Below, piece after piece: positions 11,101 to 25,137 of a DNA stretch of 64,000 nt (the first letter of the stretch is position 1; every line of letters begins with the position of its first letter). A program made the position numbers and the translations under genes. A model generated the notes under the pieces. That model did not search any database and was not told the DNA's origin. It worked only from the letters and a program-made list of their open reading frames with translations. This stretch comes from Geosiphon pyriformis uo1 (lineage: Eukaryota > Fungi > Glomeromycota), in NCBI GenBank assembly GCA_016748015.1, contig JAAOMT010000436.1:878033-942032 (forward strand). Direction: 5' to 3'.

Positions 11101-13978
11101 CACTAAACCAAAGTCTAGAGAAGATCATGTCAGCAGAATCTATTATCACATTTCTGAGAACATTCCATATGTCATTCAAATTACCACTATGCTCCACATT
11201 GTGAAACACACCTGACCTCTTCAGAAACTTGGCCGAAGAGCACTCCATAAAATGCTTCCAACCATCAGTGTCCACATTTTTTAGCTTAAATTTCCAGCAA
11301 TCTTTATTAGCATTCTTATGAATGCCATCCAAATACATGTTCAAAAGACCACTCAAACCCATTGATACCAAAACAGCTCTATGATCAGTGTCAAAGAATT
11401 CAGTTACAGATTCCACTCTACAGCTGGCCACAGCTAAGATCAGGCTTCCACTAACAAAAATGTAATCAATGACTTTTTCAACACCTCTCAAGTTGCTTCA
11501 CATTGACGCATTAGTCAAAGAATGTTCACCAAAAGAATTGACCAAATCCAAACTTAAACAGAAACTGAAACTCACACTCCTTTTAGACTTGCTCTCATTG
11601 AAATCACTGCCCAAAACAATAAAACTACTGGAATTAACCACCTGAGCTATGAAGGAATTGATACTGGGCACTTGTCTAAACCAGTCACCAAGAGAGACAC
11701 AGGCATACAAACCAACAACCAACACTGAAATTTTGCCTTTGAAAAGAAAATGCACTGAAATAGTGTGACTAAGAACTTCTTTTATCTTAGACACATGTTA
11801 AGTCAAAAGATTGTTCATAATTATTACCATTCCAGTTCCAAGGAACCCAATATTCAGACCAGATGTAAAAATACGCACTCCATCAAAACTGTTTATAATC
11901 TATGGTCTAACATTAGACCTCAATTTTGTTTCCATAATGATAGACACCATATTGCCAAATTTCTTATGCCAACAAACAATGTCTTCCTGCTTAGCAGGAA
12001 CATTGAGACCCCGAACATTGTAAGTAGCAAACTTTTATATTAGCTCTATTATTGAGAAGAAAGAGCATTAGAAACTAAACCAGCATTGTTAATTTTGGCC
12101 AAGAGGTCCATAACCATAATCAAAAGATTTTTTAGAGTTTCTTCTATTTTAGAGACAACCGAAGAGTCACAAACTGCCATTCTTGCTATAGTCTCACCAC
12201 TAGTGGCCACACCTGAGCCCTCACTCATCACTATATCCACTCCTTGATTCTGTGATAAAGGAGTCACCAACGGCTGACATTTAGAACTAGGCTGGGAAAC
12301 CATTGGCCCAAGTGAATTCAACCTCTTAGCCAATTTATCAACATGTTCTGTGAGACTGGCAAGACTATGCTCAAGAGCAGCAAACCTATCATTCAATTCC
12401 ATAGACACCATCAGGGTAGGTTTTATCTCTGAAGAGAAACCAAAAGAAGCTGAGTCATTATGTACAGAGAGAGAAGAGAATGAAAATCCACCAACAATAT
12501 TGGTTCATGAAGCACTACCAAAAGAAACAGAATGGGAAATTGGGGCAAAATGTCTAGCATAAATGGAAGCCAGTCTGCTTTTATCATCATTTGACAATAT
12601 TTTGCAAGTTGGTCCACCAGAAGGAGTCTTTCCACCCACAAAACAATTCAGAGATGTATAACCTAAATTCTCACACTTAGCACACTTAGCAAAATCCATG
12701 TAAAACCAATCCAAATTGGCACCCTTTAAGACAGAAGTGGTTTTCATAACAGCATTAATTGAGGCAGCAGAGTCAAAACAAACAACAACACATCTGGCCC
12801 AGGCATATGTAATAGAGTGTTGATCAATAACACATGTTTTTCCACCCACAAAACCAATAAAGTCTCAAATATCATGAGCATTTGTGCCCATCAGCAATGT
12901 ATATAGTAAAGCCCTATACTGATCTCTTGTGTCCCATAATTTCTTGTTTGCATTAGCCTTGGCCATTCTCACAGCATCTTTCCTGATCAAGATAGACCAT
13001 CTAGCTGCAACCAAATCAGCCTGATCAGATTGGGCAAATTCAACTACAGTCTTCTGTCATAGCCCTACCAATTGCATTTTGATTGACACAATAAAACCAA
13101 ATTCAGAAAGCACAGCCCGCACAGCCTCAGCTAATGTTCTAACTGGAATTTTTTTTATTACCACAGCCTAATCTGAACAACCAGTTGATTTTTTGAGATT
13201 GATGTTTACTAAAATATCTGCTGCTCTTGCCTTTTCTGTTATCTGTGCCAAACTGGCTTCAAAAGTAAAAGAAGCACAGATGATTCCAGAAAATTTTGAG
13301 GAAGTAGAGGCCCCCTCAAAACTATTGACTTTTGAGAATAATTTTCTGACTACTGCCAGCTTTTTCTGAGAAGATTTCCCAGCCACCTTATTAAGACCAA
13401 TATCCATAGCAAAAGATTTTTGGACAGAAACAGTAACCAAATTTTTCAATGGAGGAAGAAATACCAAGGAGACATCCAAGAAAGCATCATCATTTTCGTC
13501 TTGACCCAAAAAATTTATTTTCTCCAATGGCTTGTCCAATGCTTTCATAGTTTTAACACCTGGCTTTTTAGGCGTTTGAACATGATTCTTATCAGTGATG
13601 TTTCCATTCTTACCATAGTCAAAGCTAATTTCTTCTACCAGACATTCTTTCTCTATATCAATGTTTTTAGACTCAGTAGTGTTACCAGTCTCAGAACCTC
13701 ATGAGTGACCACTTGACACTTCAGTTGGCACACCACTTCTATCAACACTTTCTTCCAAACTGACATCTTTTCTCTTCTTTCTAGACAAAACAGGCTTGAA
13801 GCCCCCACTAGCACCAGAATTCTTAGCAATCTTCTTCATAATAATTATATTAGGGCCAACAGTGGTCTTGAAATCAAAAAACAGTTTGGTTTTATCATAC
13901 TGAATGATGAAAAATACTTCTTTCAAAAAAACTTTTTGACTCTTTTTAGGAATTTGGGATGAATAAGAGAAAGAAGTT
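8152..13978 (-). mobile_element. LINE A (ORF1 + APE-RT ORF2), interrupted by a solo LTR and cut on its 3' side by gypsy A
   Basis: ORF1 ~13926-12049 with a CAKCENLGY..LNC knuckle. ORF2 has APE motifs (NVRGLN, SDFNE, IDYIF, TDH) and RT motifs (RPIVLIE, QDMCKAYDSV, AFVDDT). Confidence 0.93.
9938..10950 (+). mobile_element. Solo LTR of gypsy family B
   Basis: TGTTACCAGTAG...CTAGTAACA, collinear with 52355-53367. 4-bp TSD ATGC/ATGT. The LINE ORF2 frame rejoins across it. Confidence 0.95.
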
Positions 13979-14096
13979 TTTTTATTAATATTATTAATTA
14001 TAATTATAATTAAAATATATTAATTAATTATGTTTTTAAACCTTTTAATTATTTAAACAAATATACAAAAATTGTAAAAAAATTAGTTTGTTATTA

Positions 14097-17000
14097 TTTT
14101 TTATTTTTTTTATTAATGTTTTATGAGTGAGGTCCAAACACTACCTAGAGCTATACATTAAAGAAATGACATAAACTAAGTGTGAATCATGCTTTTTCTA
14201 CATGTGACCAGCCACTCAGGCCAATCAGAACAATACTACACTGCTATATGTACCAAAACAGAATCACCAATACTAGAAAAGAAAGAACAATATTTACGAA
14301 AGCCAAAACAAACACCAAGAGCATCAGTCATGCCAAGTAGCCTAACAACACCAGCCGAAAACCTAGAAGCTGAGCCAAAGACTGAGATAGAAAATGAACT
14401 ATTAAGTGGAATGAGATTATTTCTTTTCATAAATACACGATGTTTAACCCGAATTAACCAAATATCACTCCTAAAAGTGAGACCAAGGGAATGCACAAAC
14501 TCAACAATATTCAAACTAGCAACCTTGGGGGCCTTGAAAACAGAGACAGCCTCATGAAACCATTTACTAAAAACAAACCCTTTAAAGAGAATCATAGACA
14601 CAGAGACATCAGAGGCACAAAAAGACAACAATTGCAGCACACAGGAAGAAGAGAGAGATAGGCCAGAAAGTGTCATTCAAGATTTTGAACATGTATTCAA
14701 TATCTGAAGACACACAGAGTTATCAATCTTACAAGAGAAAACGTGATCTGATGTCTCCATCTTACCACAATATAAGCACAATATGCTAGGGTACCATCTG
14801 TTATACAGGTGTTTTTGAACAGCAACAGACAGCCAGTGGTGCAATGTCTTTATGAAAAAAGTGTGTGCATCTGCTGTGGGCCTGCTAGTGTGGCCAGCAG
14901 CCATATGTGAATCAAGATGCCATACTAGTGAGAAGCAGAACCAATCAACATCTGCAAGCAAACTGGCAGGCAAAAATTTAGAATCAGAACCAATCTCCCA
15001 GTATGCATGACAAACAGAACAAAAAATATTGCAAACAAAATATCTAGAATTGCTAGAAACAACACTACCGTCTGCCAACAAGAAGCGTGCATTCAATTGT
15101 AAAGGAAGGAACCAGCCAGAGTGAGAAGAAACCCCAGCAATAATATCTGCATGTTCATTTCCAATCACACCAGAGTGATCTTTCACCTTATGCCATTCCA
15201 CTCTCAAATTCTTGCCATGAATAATGTTCACAACAAACTGGCATTTGACCCAACAATGATTGCAAAAATCTGGACAGACCAGATCTAGTTCTGACTTACA
15301 GGCAATCCAGAGCAGCTTGACTATTAGAGAACAGATAAACAGAGCTGAAATAGAAGACACACTCCAGTGCCAGCACAATAGCTTGCATTTCCACCAAAGT
15401 AGAAGACAACAAACCTAAAACACCAATGCCCAAACCCAGATCAATGTCACTAAAAAAAACTCCAGCCCCAGCCGTGCAATTCTCGGTACTAAGGTTCATC
15501 AGAGACCCATCCGTATAAACAGAAATGTTACCAGAAAGAACTTGGAAAAGCTGATCATAAACCAACACAGAGCCAGGAGAGTCGAGAATATTCTGAAGAC
15601 TCTCACCAACCAAAGCAGGAGGAGGGGCACAAGAAGAAGACATACCAAGAAGAAATTCAACAGAAAGCACAAACCACTCAAAAGTCAGGCCACAGGGGTC
15701 CAATCTCTTCCACTGTTTGAATTTGTACCAGTCAAACACAGCACCATGTCAATTGTGGAGTTGGTTAACAAAGGCAATGCCATATTGTTGGAGTGAAGAA
15801 AGGAACTTGATAAATCTAAACTCACTGAAAACAGCAAACATGGACACCCTACCATAAAGCTGAAATGGACTATCAAAAAAACCACTCAAAGATAAATTGC
15901 AATTGAGAAAAATGTGAACAACACCTGCCAAGAAGTTATTCAAAGGGCTGACTCAAACATGAACAGGAATGCTTAAAGAATAAACAGGGTGCCAACACGA
16001 AACTTGTAAATCATGAGACCTGTGGGAGAATAGGTGACCCAGGATCCCAACTGAGTTCGCAAAACAAATAAAAGAAGTGACTTTACTTTCTGATTGAATT
16101 TGGGCAAAAGATTTCAACTCATAAAAAGAAGGGTGATGGATCGTATCACTAGGAAAATCAAGAGGCAATCCAGATTTGGACTTCAAGTCTTTACGAATCA
16201 AAGCATCTCACTTGTTATACATACTAACAAGAACAAAATTAAATTGAGTCCTATAACCAATGATAAGATAAAGAACAGCAGACACCAAATATAAAAACTG
16301 TTTGTTCAATACAGCCTTCTTCAGAACCAAATTGGTAAAAAAACAAACATCTGAATGCGCTTTTACCAGACTGGGCTTTAACAATCTTTTAGATGACAAA
16401 AAGATACCCAGGTAATGATGTGATTCACCTGATTTGACTATAGAAATGGGGGACCCACTGATGAAAAAAGAAGGTGCACTGGCACGAGTATTAATCGGAA
16501 TAACCACTGTCTTATCATTATTAATAAAAATATCATTGATGTAGAAAAATTCACTAGCCACATTAAGAATGAGCTGAGTAGCAGCCTGACTGCTACCCAC
16601 CCAGATCATATCATCCACAAAAGCGCCAGCAGCAAAGAAAGATGACAATCCAGCCTGAAACTCTATACAGCCCATCTTAGCAATGAAATGAGAAATTAGT
16701 CTGTAATTACACACACTCTTCTGCCTCTTAACTTTGCACAAGAGAGGATTATAAAATATATGCCAGAGAAGAGGTGAAAACACCTCCCCTTGGTCCAAAC
16801 CATTGTGTACATAATAATCATTCATTAACCCAAAATTAGTCATAATCTAGTTGGTACAACCACCATGAATATCTCCAAAAAACCTAATAAACTTACAGCA
16901 CATCTTTATTCTAACCAAACTTTTCTTAAGATGTTCCCAACCAACCAAGTCATATGCTTTTCGCATGTCTTGCAAAACCAACCAGAGCTCCCAGTCTTTT

Positions 17001-20000
17001 TCAAGAACATCTTTGATCACTGAACCAATTGCAAAAATGGGAGATTGAGTTGTAATGCCTTTGAGAACTGAAAAATTGTCTCCACAAAGGACATTAAACT
17101 TGCTACATGTCAAAGAAATTCTATCAGAAAGAATCTTGGAAAGAATTTTTCAAGCTGTCTCAATTAAAGCAATAGAACAAATGTTTGTGAGCACACTCTT
17201 CTATTTATAAGGTTTAGGAATCATTGATATCCAGGCATTCTTCTATGCACTAGGCACTAATTCACCACAGAGACAAAAATTGATAAGCACCAAGAGCATA
17301 TCAAGAACAGATTTGTCACAATACTTCCAAAGTTCATTGGAGATGCCTGAGAGACCAGTCGCCTTTCCATCAGGTAGGTTAGAGACCATGCCAAACATTT
17401 CATCAAAACTAACACAGCTCATAACATCAGAAAAAGCACCATCAAAAACATATTCCAAAGGCTGATATTGATGAGACCAATCTCCCAAAATATCAAGAAC
17501 CACTCTACGTTTACGAGTCTATTTCTCCATAATCTCATCCACCTTAGTTTTAACAGAACCAGGTTCTAAATAAAGCTCATCACCAACGACCAAATGATCC
17601 AAAACCACCTTGCAAAAGGGCCTCTCCAAAACACTTCTAATAGTATGACTTTTGTTAGATTCAAAGCTTTCTATCCTCTTATTAATAGCAAATTTGATTT
17701 GTAAAGCTTCAGCACATTTCACTTCCGACAACTTTGAGGCATGATAAGATTTTCTGGCTTTGGACAGAGCTAAGTGAATGTCATCAAAAGGAGACTTTGA
17801 GAGAAAAAAAAACCTTACTACAGCAGCATAAACAGAATTAAGCAATTCCCAAGTATTAAGCAGCAATATGAACTCATCACAATCAACAGAATGGGAAGTT
17901 TTGACTAATTTAAACACTAAAAGTTCTAACTTATGAAACCTGGATGAACACTTAGTAAAAATGCCATCATAATCTTTAAACCATTTTTTCTTGAGTACTA
18001 CATCCACTGAAAAGCACATAATTTTGTGAACAGCATCCCATATCACATCCAAATCCAACAGTTCCCTAGCAGCCATGAAATCAACAGAGAACATGGCAGC
18101 ATTAGCCACTGTCTCATCCTTAAACTTTGACTACAAAGCATCATCAGTGGTATTATAATTGTATTTCCAGCAGTTTTTATTAGCCTGTTTACGAATAGAA
18201 CACAATTGTGTGTCCAAGAGACCACCCAAACCAATTGATGCAAAAATGGCTTGGTGGTCAGTATCAAAGAAATTGACCACATCCAGAATATTGTGATCCA
18301 CAATAGTATTCACCAAGTTGGGAGACACGAAAAAATAATCAATTGCTTTTGTTACACTCTGGGAATTACTTCATGTTAGAAACTTTAAAAATGGACTACT
18401 GACAAAAGAGTTGATTAGATCCAAGCTACCACACTTTTTGAAACTGGCACTTCTACACAAACCATCTTCATTAAAGTCACCACCCAAGACAACAAAAGAG
18501 GAGTCATTTACAGCACCAGCAATTAAAGCATTCACATCATCAGCCTGAGAAAAGCACACCAAAGCCAACACACCAGCATACAGACCCAAAATAGAGACTG
18601 AGAGTTTATTCTTAAAAAGTAATCTGACAGAAATAAGACAACCAGAGACTTCAGAGACTTTACACACATGTTTGGCCAGAGCAATGTTTATAATAATAGC
18701 CACGCCTAAGCCGAGATGACCTGAATCCAAACCAGAAATAAAAACCCAAACACCAGCAAACCTATTAGCAATCCATGAACAAACTTTACCCTTTAACTTT
18801 GTTTCTATAATTATTGAAACCATATTGTCCATGCTCATATGCCAATAAATAATATCGGCTTGCTTAGAAAGATTATTCATCTCTCTAACATTGCAAATAG
18901 CTATTTTTCACACGAAACTACTTATTAAAATAAAAAAGAAACCGCAGAATCTGAGCCAGTACATATCTGATCAAACTTCTCCAAAACTGAACAAACCGAA
19001 GCCTCAAGAGCCATCAACTTCGACTCCAAACAGCCCACCTTTGAGATTAAAATTTTTGAACTACTCAAACCTAAATTTGAAGTACTAGAGGAAACAAAAG
19101 AGGAGGGAAGAAGTACTGGCTTAGGATCATCCAGAGCCATGTCCGAATCAATCTCCACAGTTATCACAACTGGGACCACCAAATTTTGAGAGGAGGAGGT
19201 AAGAGCTGGGGGCACCAAGACCAAATTTTTAAGTTTACTCACAATACCAGACATCTTATCCACAAAAAACTTCACAGAATACTCCAAAAAAGCAAGACAA
19301 GCCTTCAAAGATGTACTAGCAGAAACCATATAAGAAGAGGGACCAATCACACCTGAGACACCAGAAGAAAAGAAGCCAAAACCAGGATCAAAACCAAAAT
19401 GAGGATTATTAGATGAGGATACAAGAGAGACTACTTGGGCCCACAATTTGCCATCAAAAGCAACCAGTCGAGTGATAGACACATCTTTTTTCGCATACAA
19501 TTGGGCCAACTGGAGGCAGTTTTCATCAGAAACAACTCTTTTAAAAGACTTGGAAGATTTAGAAGTAGAAGTGATCTCAACATCACACTCCAAAGTAGAA
19601 TGACTGAATTTTCCATACCACTCATACCGAACCAGATCCAATCTAGCCCAAGAAAGCTTCACACCACCAAAGATTGGTTCCATATGAAAAGCAGACTCCA
19701 GCACTTTATTAGACTTAAAGCCAACCACTGCACAGCGAAACTTATTTCCAGTCTTTAAGGAACAGTTGATTATGCAACTTTTTCTACCAGTCCCATCCAA
19801 CAGATCATTGAGATCATGGGCAGTTGTTCCCACAGGCAAAGTAAACAAAAGCGCCCTGAATTGATCTCTAGAAGCCCAAGTATCATGATCACCCACTGCT
19901 ATAGCCACACGAACCAAGTCTTTACCAATTAGGAAAGACCACTTAGCAGCCAAAGACACAGCCTGTTCCAATTTGGCGAATTCTACTACAGCTTTCTACC

Positions 20001-20899
20001 ATAAACCAATAAGTTGAATTTTGATTGACTTAATTTGTCCAAACTTAGATACTGCAGTGATGATCATTTTTTTTGGCATATCCATAAGAATTTTCTTAAT
20101 AACTACAGTTCGATCTGAGCGAATTTCTTGTCTTGTAAGATCGCTGTTTACTGTGATGTTATTTTTTCTGGCCAATAAGATGGCCTTTTCCATGCTTGCT
20201 TCAGAGATAAAGGTAGATCTGATGATTCCTTCAAATTTTGAGGAGATAGTGGCCCTCCCAAAACCATTGATTCCTGAAAATAATTTCTTTATGACATGAG
20301 TTTTGGCCATTGCCAATTTCCCTTCCACAGCTGAAAGATTGATGTCCAAAGCGAAAGATTTTTTTACAGCCACTTCCACCTGAGTTTTAATGATTTTGGG
20401 ATCAATCCACGCCTTATCCAAAAAAAAAAGACCTACAAGGGGAAAGAAAAACCTTCTCTTTCTCCTCTATGTCATAATTAATAGAGCTGAAGGGGGAGCC
20501 AACAATTGCACCATTATTGAAACATTTGGCTTGGGGTGTATTCATCTTGAAATCAAATACTTCTTCACTTTAGAAGTCTTCCCATCAGTATCCATGCTAT
20601 TAAACTGTCCAACTACTTGACCAAATCCACTATTTTTGAGAGTTGCACTATTACTTGATAACTTAGTACTACCAAGAGGTTTCTTGATCTTATAACTTGA
20701 ACTACTATTAACTGAACCAGAAGTTGGAACTTTGGTTGATCTTTTTTTAGCACCAATACCACTCATGGGAGCAGCCAGGTCAACAACAAAAGGATTTGTT
20801 TTTTGTAAAGTGATGGAAAACAGTATAAAATAACAGAAAAAACTTTTTTCGAAATATGCTTTTTTTGAGGATTTTTGGAGGTAAGAGAGAAAGAAGTTT
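14097..20899 (-). mobile_element. LINE B, essentially full length (ORF1; ORF2 APE-RT-RNaseH-CCHC; poly-A tail), decayed
   Basis: ORF1 ~20766-18925; APE ~18920-18130; RT ~17250-16200 (AFVDD); RNase H (VYTDGSL, WHKVKDHSG, GNEHAD); C-terminal CLYCGKMETSDHVFSC; stop at 14236; poly-A seen as a T run at 14097-14111. Confidence 0.95.
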
Positions 20900-22720
20900 A
20901 TTGTTTTTTTTTGTTATTAATTTACTATAAAAAATTTAATCTAAAATTAATTACAAAATTAATAATAATAACAACAAAAACAGTCAAAAATACAACAATA
21001 AAAACAGTCAAAAATACAAAAACTTTGGCATATAACTTAGTATTAACAAAAAAAAAATTTTGAATTTTGAATTACTTATTAACTTAAATAAAAACTTAAA
21101 AAATAAAAATAAAAATATCTTATAATTTAAGACTAAATAATCTAAGTTTTAATATTTATAATAATAATAATATTTAAAAATTTTTTACCAAATATAACAC
21201 TTGTACAAAATATTAGTTATTAAAACAACAAAATTTATAGTTTTTAAAAACTTAAAAGTTATGATAATAAAATATTAATAAAAAATAAATAAAAAGCAAA
21301 ACAAATTTAATTACTAATTTTAAAGATTATATAACCAAAAAAAAAATATTTTTTAAAATAATAAATTTTTTTTAATTAAGCAGAAAAAAAATTTTAATAA
21401 TGTTTTTTAATTAATATAAATTAATTATTAAGAATAATAATAACAAATAAAAATCTTAAAACAAATAATAATATATTATTACAAATTTAATAAACTTTAA
21501 CTTAACAAAAAAAACTTTACCAAAAACACTAAAAATATTTTAATATTATTAAAAAATATACTAAAAAAAATATTATAAAAAGCAACAAAAAAGACAAAGA
21601 TTATAACAAAAAACTTTGCAATTTTAAAAATAATCAAAAATACAAAATTACTAATAATAATTTTAATAACAATATTTAAAAAGTTTTAAAAATGTAAAAT
21701 TTATACAAAACAACTTAATATTGTTTTTTAAAACTGATTTAAATCCAATAAAACTAAACAATAACTAAAACAAAAAAATTAATAAAAGCTATTTTAATTT
21801 TAAATATAATATTAGATATTAAGTAAAAGCCATTTATTCAAAATTTTTTAAAAATTGAAGATTTTTTTCCAAATATTATTAAAAATAGCATTAAAAAACA
21901 AAGAAAAAAATTAATTTAGTTTCTATTTAGTTAATTTAATTCTTAAAATTAAGTAATTTAATAAGTTAAATAATTAAAGACATATCTAAAAACATGTGTT
22001 AAAATTTAATATATTTAATATAAATAATATTTAAAAAAAACCAATTTGTGCTTATATTAATAATTCAAAAAATTTAATAATTAAATTTTTTTAATAATAA
22101 ATTAAATAAGATATATATTAAGTATTTTAATTTAAAACAATAAAAATTTTATTTATAAATTAAAATAAATTATTATGTTGTAAAATATAATTACTTAAAA
22201 TAAACGAATATATTTATATTTATTAAATTATTAAATTAATTAAAAAAACAAAGTAATTTTCAAAAAACCAGTTAAAAATATAAATTATATAAATTAAAAT
22301 TAACAAATTAACAACAAATTACCAAAAATTACATAATTAATTTAAAAAGTACTAAAAACAAATTAGAATACTTTAGAATATTTGGTTATTAAATATTAAA
22401 AATAACTTTATAATACTAAATATAATTATAAAATTCAAAAGAATATTATTTTAATGTTTTATTAAGTTAGTAAAATATTTATAACATTTGTATAATGTTA
22501 CCAAGCTTTAATAAATTTTGAATTTTTAAAAACCTATAAAAACAACACCGTTTTTTTCTTATTACATAAATAAAAGTTAATAATTGTTATTTAATTTAAT
22601 ATTAACTAAAGTTATTGGTTAATATAAATATTATGTGTTGACATAAAAAAAAGTGTGTTGTTAATAAGTTTTATAAAGATACAAGTTTATTTTGTATGCT
22701 AAGTTGGTTTTAGAGAAAAA
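20900..22720. other. Extremely AT-rich, G-poor eroded sequence
   Basis: Almost only A and T, with no simple period and no interpretable ORF. Confidence 0.7.
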
Positions 22721-22966
22721 TACATTATTGTAGAATAGTTTTAATTTGATCTAAATAACTAATCACTGTAAAAGGTGTATGTATTTATATTATCAATGTA
22801 GATTATAAAAAGACTACATTCAATAATGCAAAAAAAAATTAAGGTTTGATCAAGTTTAATATTAAATATACTTGATTTCTTTCAAAAAAAGAATAATGAT
22901 GCTCGATGTTTATCTTGTTACATCAAATAGAACTCTGATCAATCTTTTCGAGAATTTACCCTGTTC

Positions 22967-24704
22967 ATGGAAGACGAAAGGCCAATAGGACCTCAAATTG
23001 GGAAGTCTCCAGGAAATTTCTTTCAAACAGATGTTGACCTTAAAACTCAGCAAAGACGAGCAGCCAAGCGTGGCAATAAAGCAGGTGACCCTATCGAGGT
23101 CACTTCAAAAGTTTTATACCTTCGTTTCGCGGGAAGCGACGCTGATTATATATATGTAGGCGAATCTGGCTTCTCAGCACGAAAGATAAACTTGTTGGTA
23201 TGCCTTTTAGGCCTTTAATTGTTCCTCTAGTTGATATTCTTCGGCGAACCAAAACTATTGTTTTTTGTCTTTTTAAACCATATATGTAACTCTGAAAGCT
23301 AGTCGGGCAAAACAGTGAAAATATTTAAAGGCCACACAGGGCCAGTTACCAGTCTGGATATATGGTATCATGAAGGTGAAGAATACCTAATTACCGGATC
23401 TTGGGATAAAACATTAAAGAAATGGAACACTAAGGTGAGATTTTACAAGCTCTCTTTTACTGATGATTCATCCGTTTAAATACAACTCAATATTCAATAA
23501 TTTTGAAATAGACTAAAAATTCCCTTCACACATTCACCTCACACACCGACTTTGTTAAATCAGTTGTTGTCTCTCAAACCAAGTCTATTCTATACTCGGG
23601 CTCTTCTGATCGAAATATTCTTTCATGGGATTTACGAACCGGCGAATTATTACCTGTCACGATGAAGGGGCATACCATGGGAGTAGAAGATTTGGTGTTT
23701 AATGAGACCGAAGATTTTCTTTATTCTGCCTCCTCAGATAGGCATATACGGAAGTGGAACCCGACGACGGGGGAGTGTTTACATGTTTTTGAAGATCACC
23801 TTACTAGTGTATATTTCATAAGGGTATCGGATGACGAAATGTGGTCGGGTAAGTGATAATATTCTTTGATTTCCACGTTATTGGGATGTCAAAATTTTTC
23901 ATCAAAGAGCTTATTGCGTTTCCTCACAAAGCATCGGCTGATAAGACCGTTAAGCGATGGGATTTGGAGGTGAGCACTCGCTTTAAACGTAAAAATTTAA
24001 TTTCCCACATAAATAAAATTTGTCTTCCTTAAAGTCTTAATTATTTACTCAATCTTTCTTTTAATAAATTTATACCCGAATATTTTAATTCTTCAATTTT
24101 TTTTAATAGACCGGTAATGTCGATACCACTTTTACCCACCCTGATTTCGTAAAATGCCTTGCCGTGTTTGGGTCATATCTGTTCACCGGCGGACGCGACG
24201 AAACAATTCGTGTGTTTGATATTGGGGTTTTACATTATTTTATTCAATAAAATTTATTCTTCATCCTAACGTCCTTAATAACAATCTGATTGAATTTTCT
24301 AGACAGGAACGATGATCAGAGAGATCGAGGGACATTTCGATGAAGTTTCTTGTATGGTGTTACAAGGAACCACGCTTTATACTGGATCATTGGACGGTAC
24401 GATTCGACGGTGGTTAATTTCTGGTATGTGGAATTCGATGATTTAATTTTGAACCCTTATCAAAATACTGCCCAAGCCTTGATGTATAATCGGAGAATTT
24501 TCGACTAGTTTTTGATTAAAATTGTCTGTATCAACTAAATTTTAATTTATCCGTTCTCCCCCCAAACTCCAAGATCTTATAAATGCAGGGAAAGAGACTG
24601 AAGCCGTGAAAACACTCTCACCGAATTTAGATAAATTTGAAGGATTGATGACTGCAGAAGAAGAACAAGAACTGGCTGAATTAATGGGAAGTGATGATTT
24701 TTAA
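22967..24704 (+). CDS. WD40-repeat protein (about 7 exons)
   Basis: Exons 22967-23197, 23303-23434, 23512-~23848 and onward, with GT-AG introns. Repeats GHTGPV...GSWDKTLKKWN, GHTMGV...SASSDRHIRKWN, GHFDEV...GSLDGTIRRW. Ends MTAEEEQELAELMGSDDF*. Confidence 0.92.
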
Positions 24705-25137
24705 AGTAGCAGAGCAGGAATGTATTTAAGAAATGTATCAAAGATTTTAGTAAATTATTGTTCTAAATATTTCTAAAATTGAACATGATTGAGTAGAAAG
24801 ATTTCTTTCAAAAAAAGGGGATATTCATTTTAGAAAACACTCGTAGCTAAAGCGTAAAAATTTATGAGCTATTTCGACTTTTAAAAGCGTAGTTTTATGT
24901 ATCACTCTCGCTGCTTAAATCCGAGCCCAATTTGTTACTAAGACGCGCTCAATTTTCAAAGCTTTAATATTAAATGTTTATTGTTTATTCATAGTAAAAA
25001 TTTCTCTCGGGGGCTTTTTGCTTAATTAGCAGAAAGCATCCTCGAATCTCAGGGGCCGAGAAAGAGGGGTGTATGACCAAACCTCGAATTCGAACGAGAT
25101 AATCAGTATAGCGGAAAAAAAAAGAATCGAAAAATAC

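Noticed and set aside
13979-14096. TSDs for LINE A and LINE B
   Set aside because: The flanks are low-complexity A/T, and no unambiguous duplication could be called.
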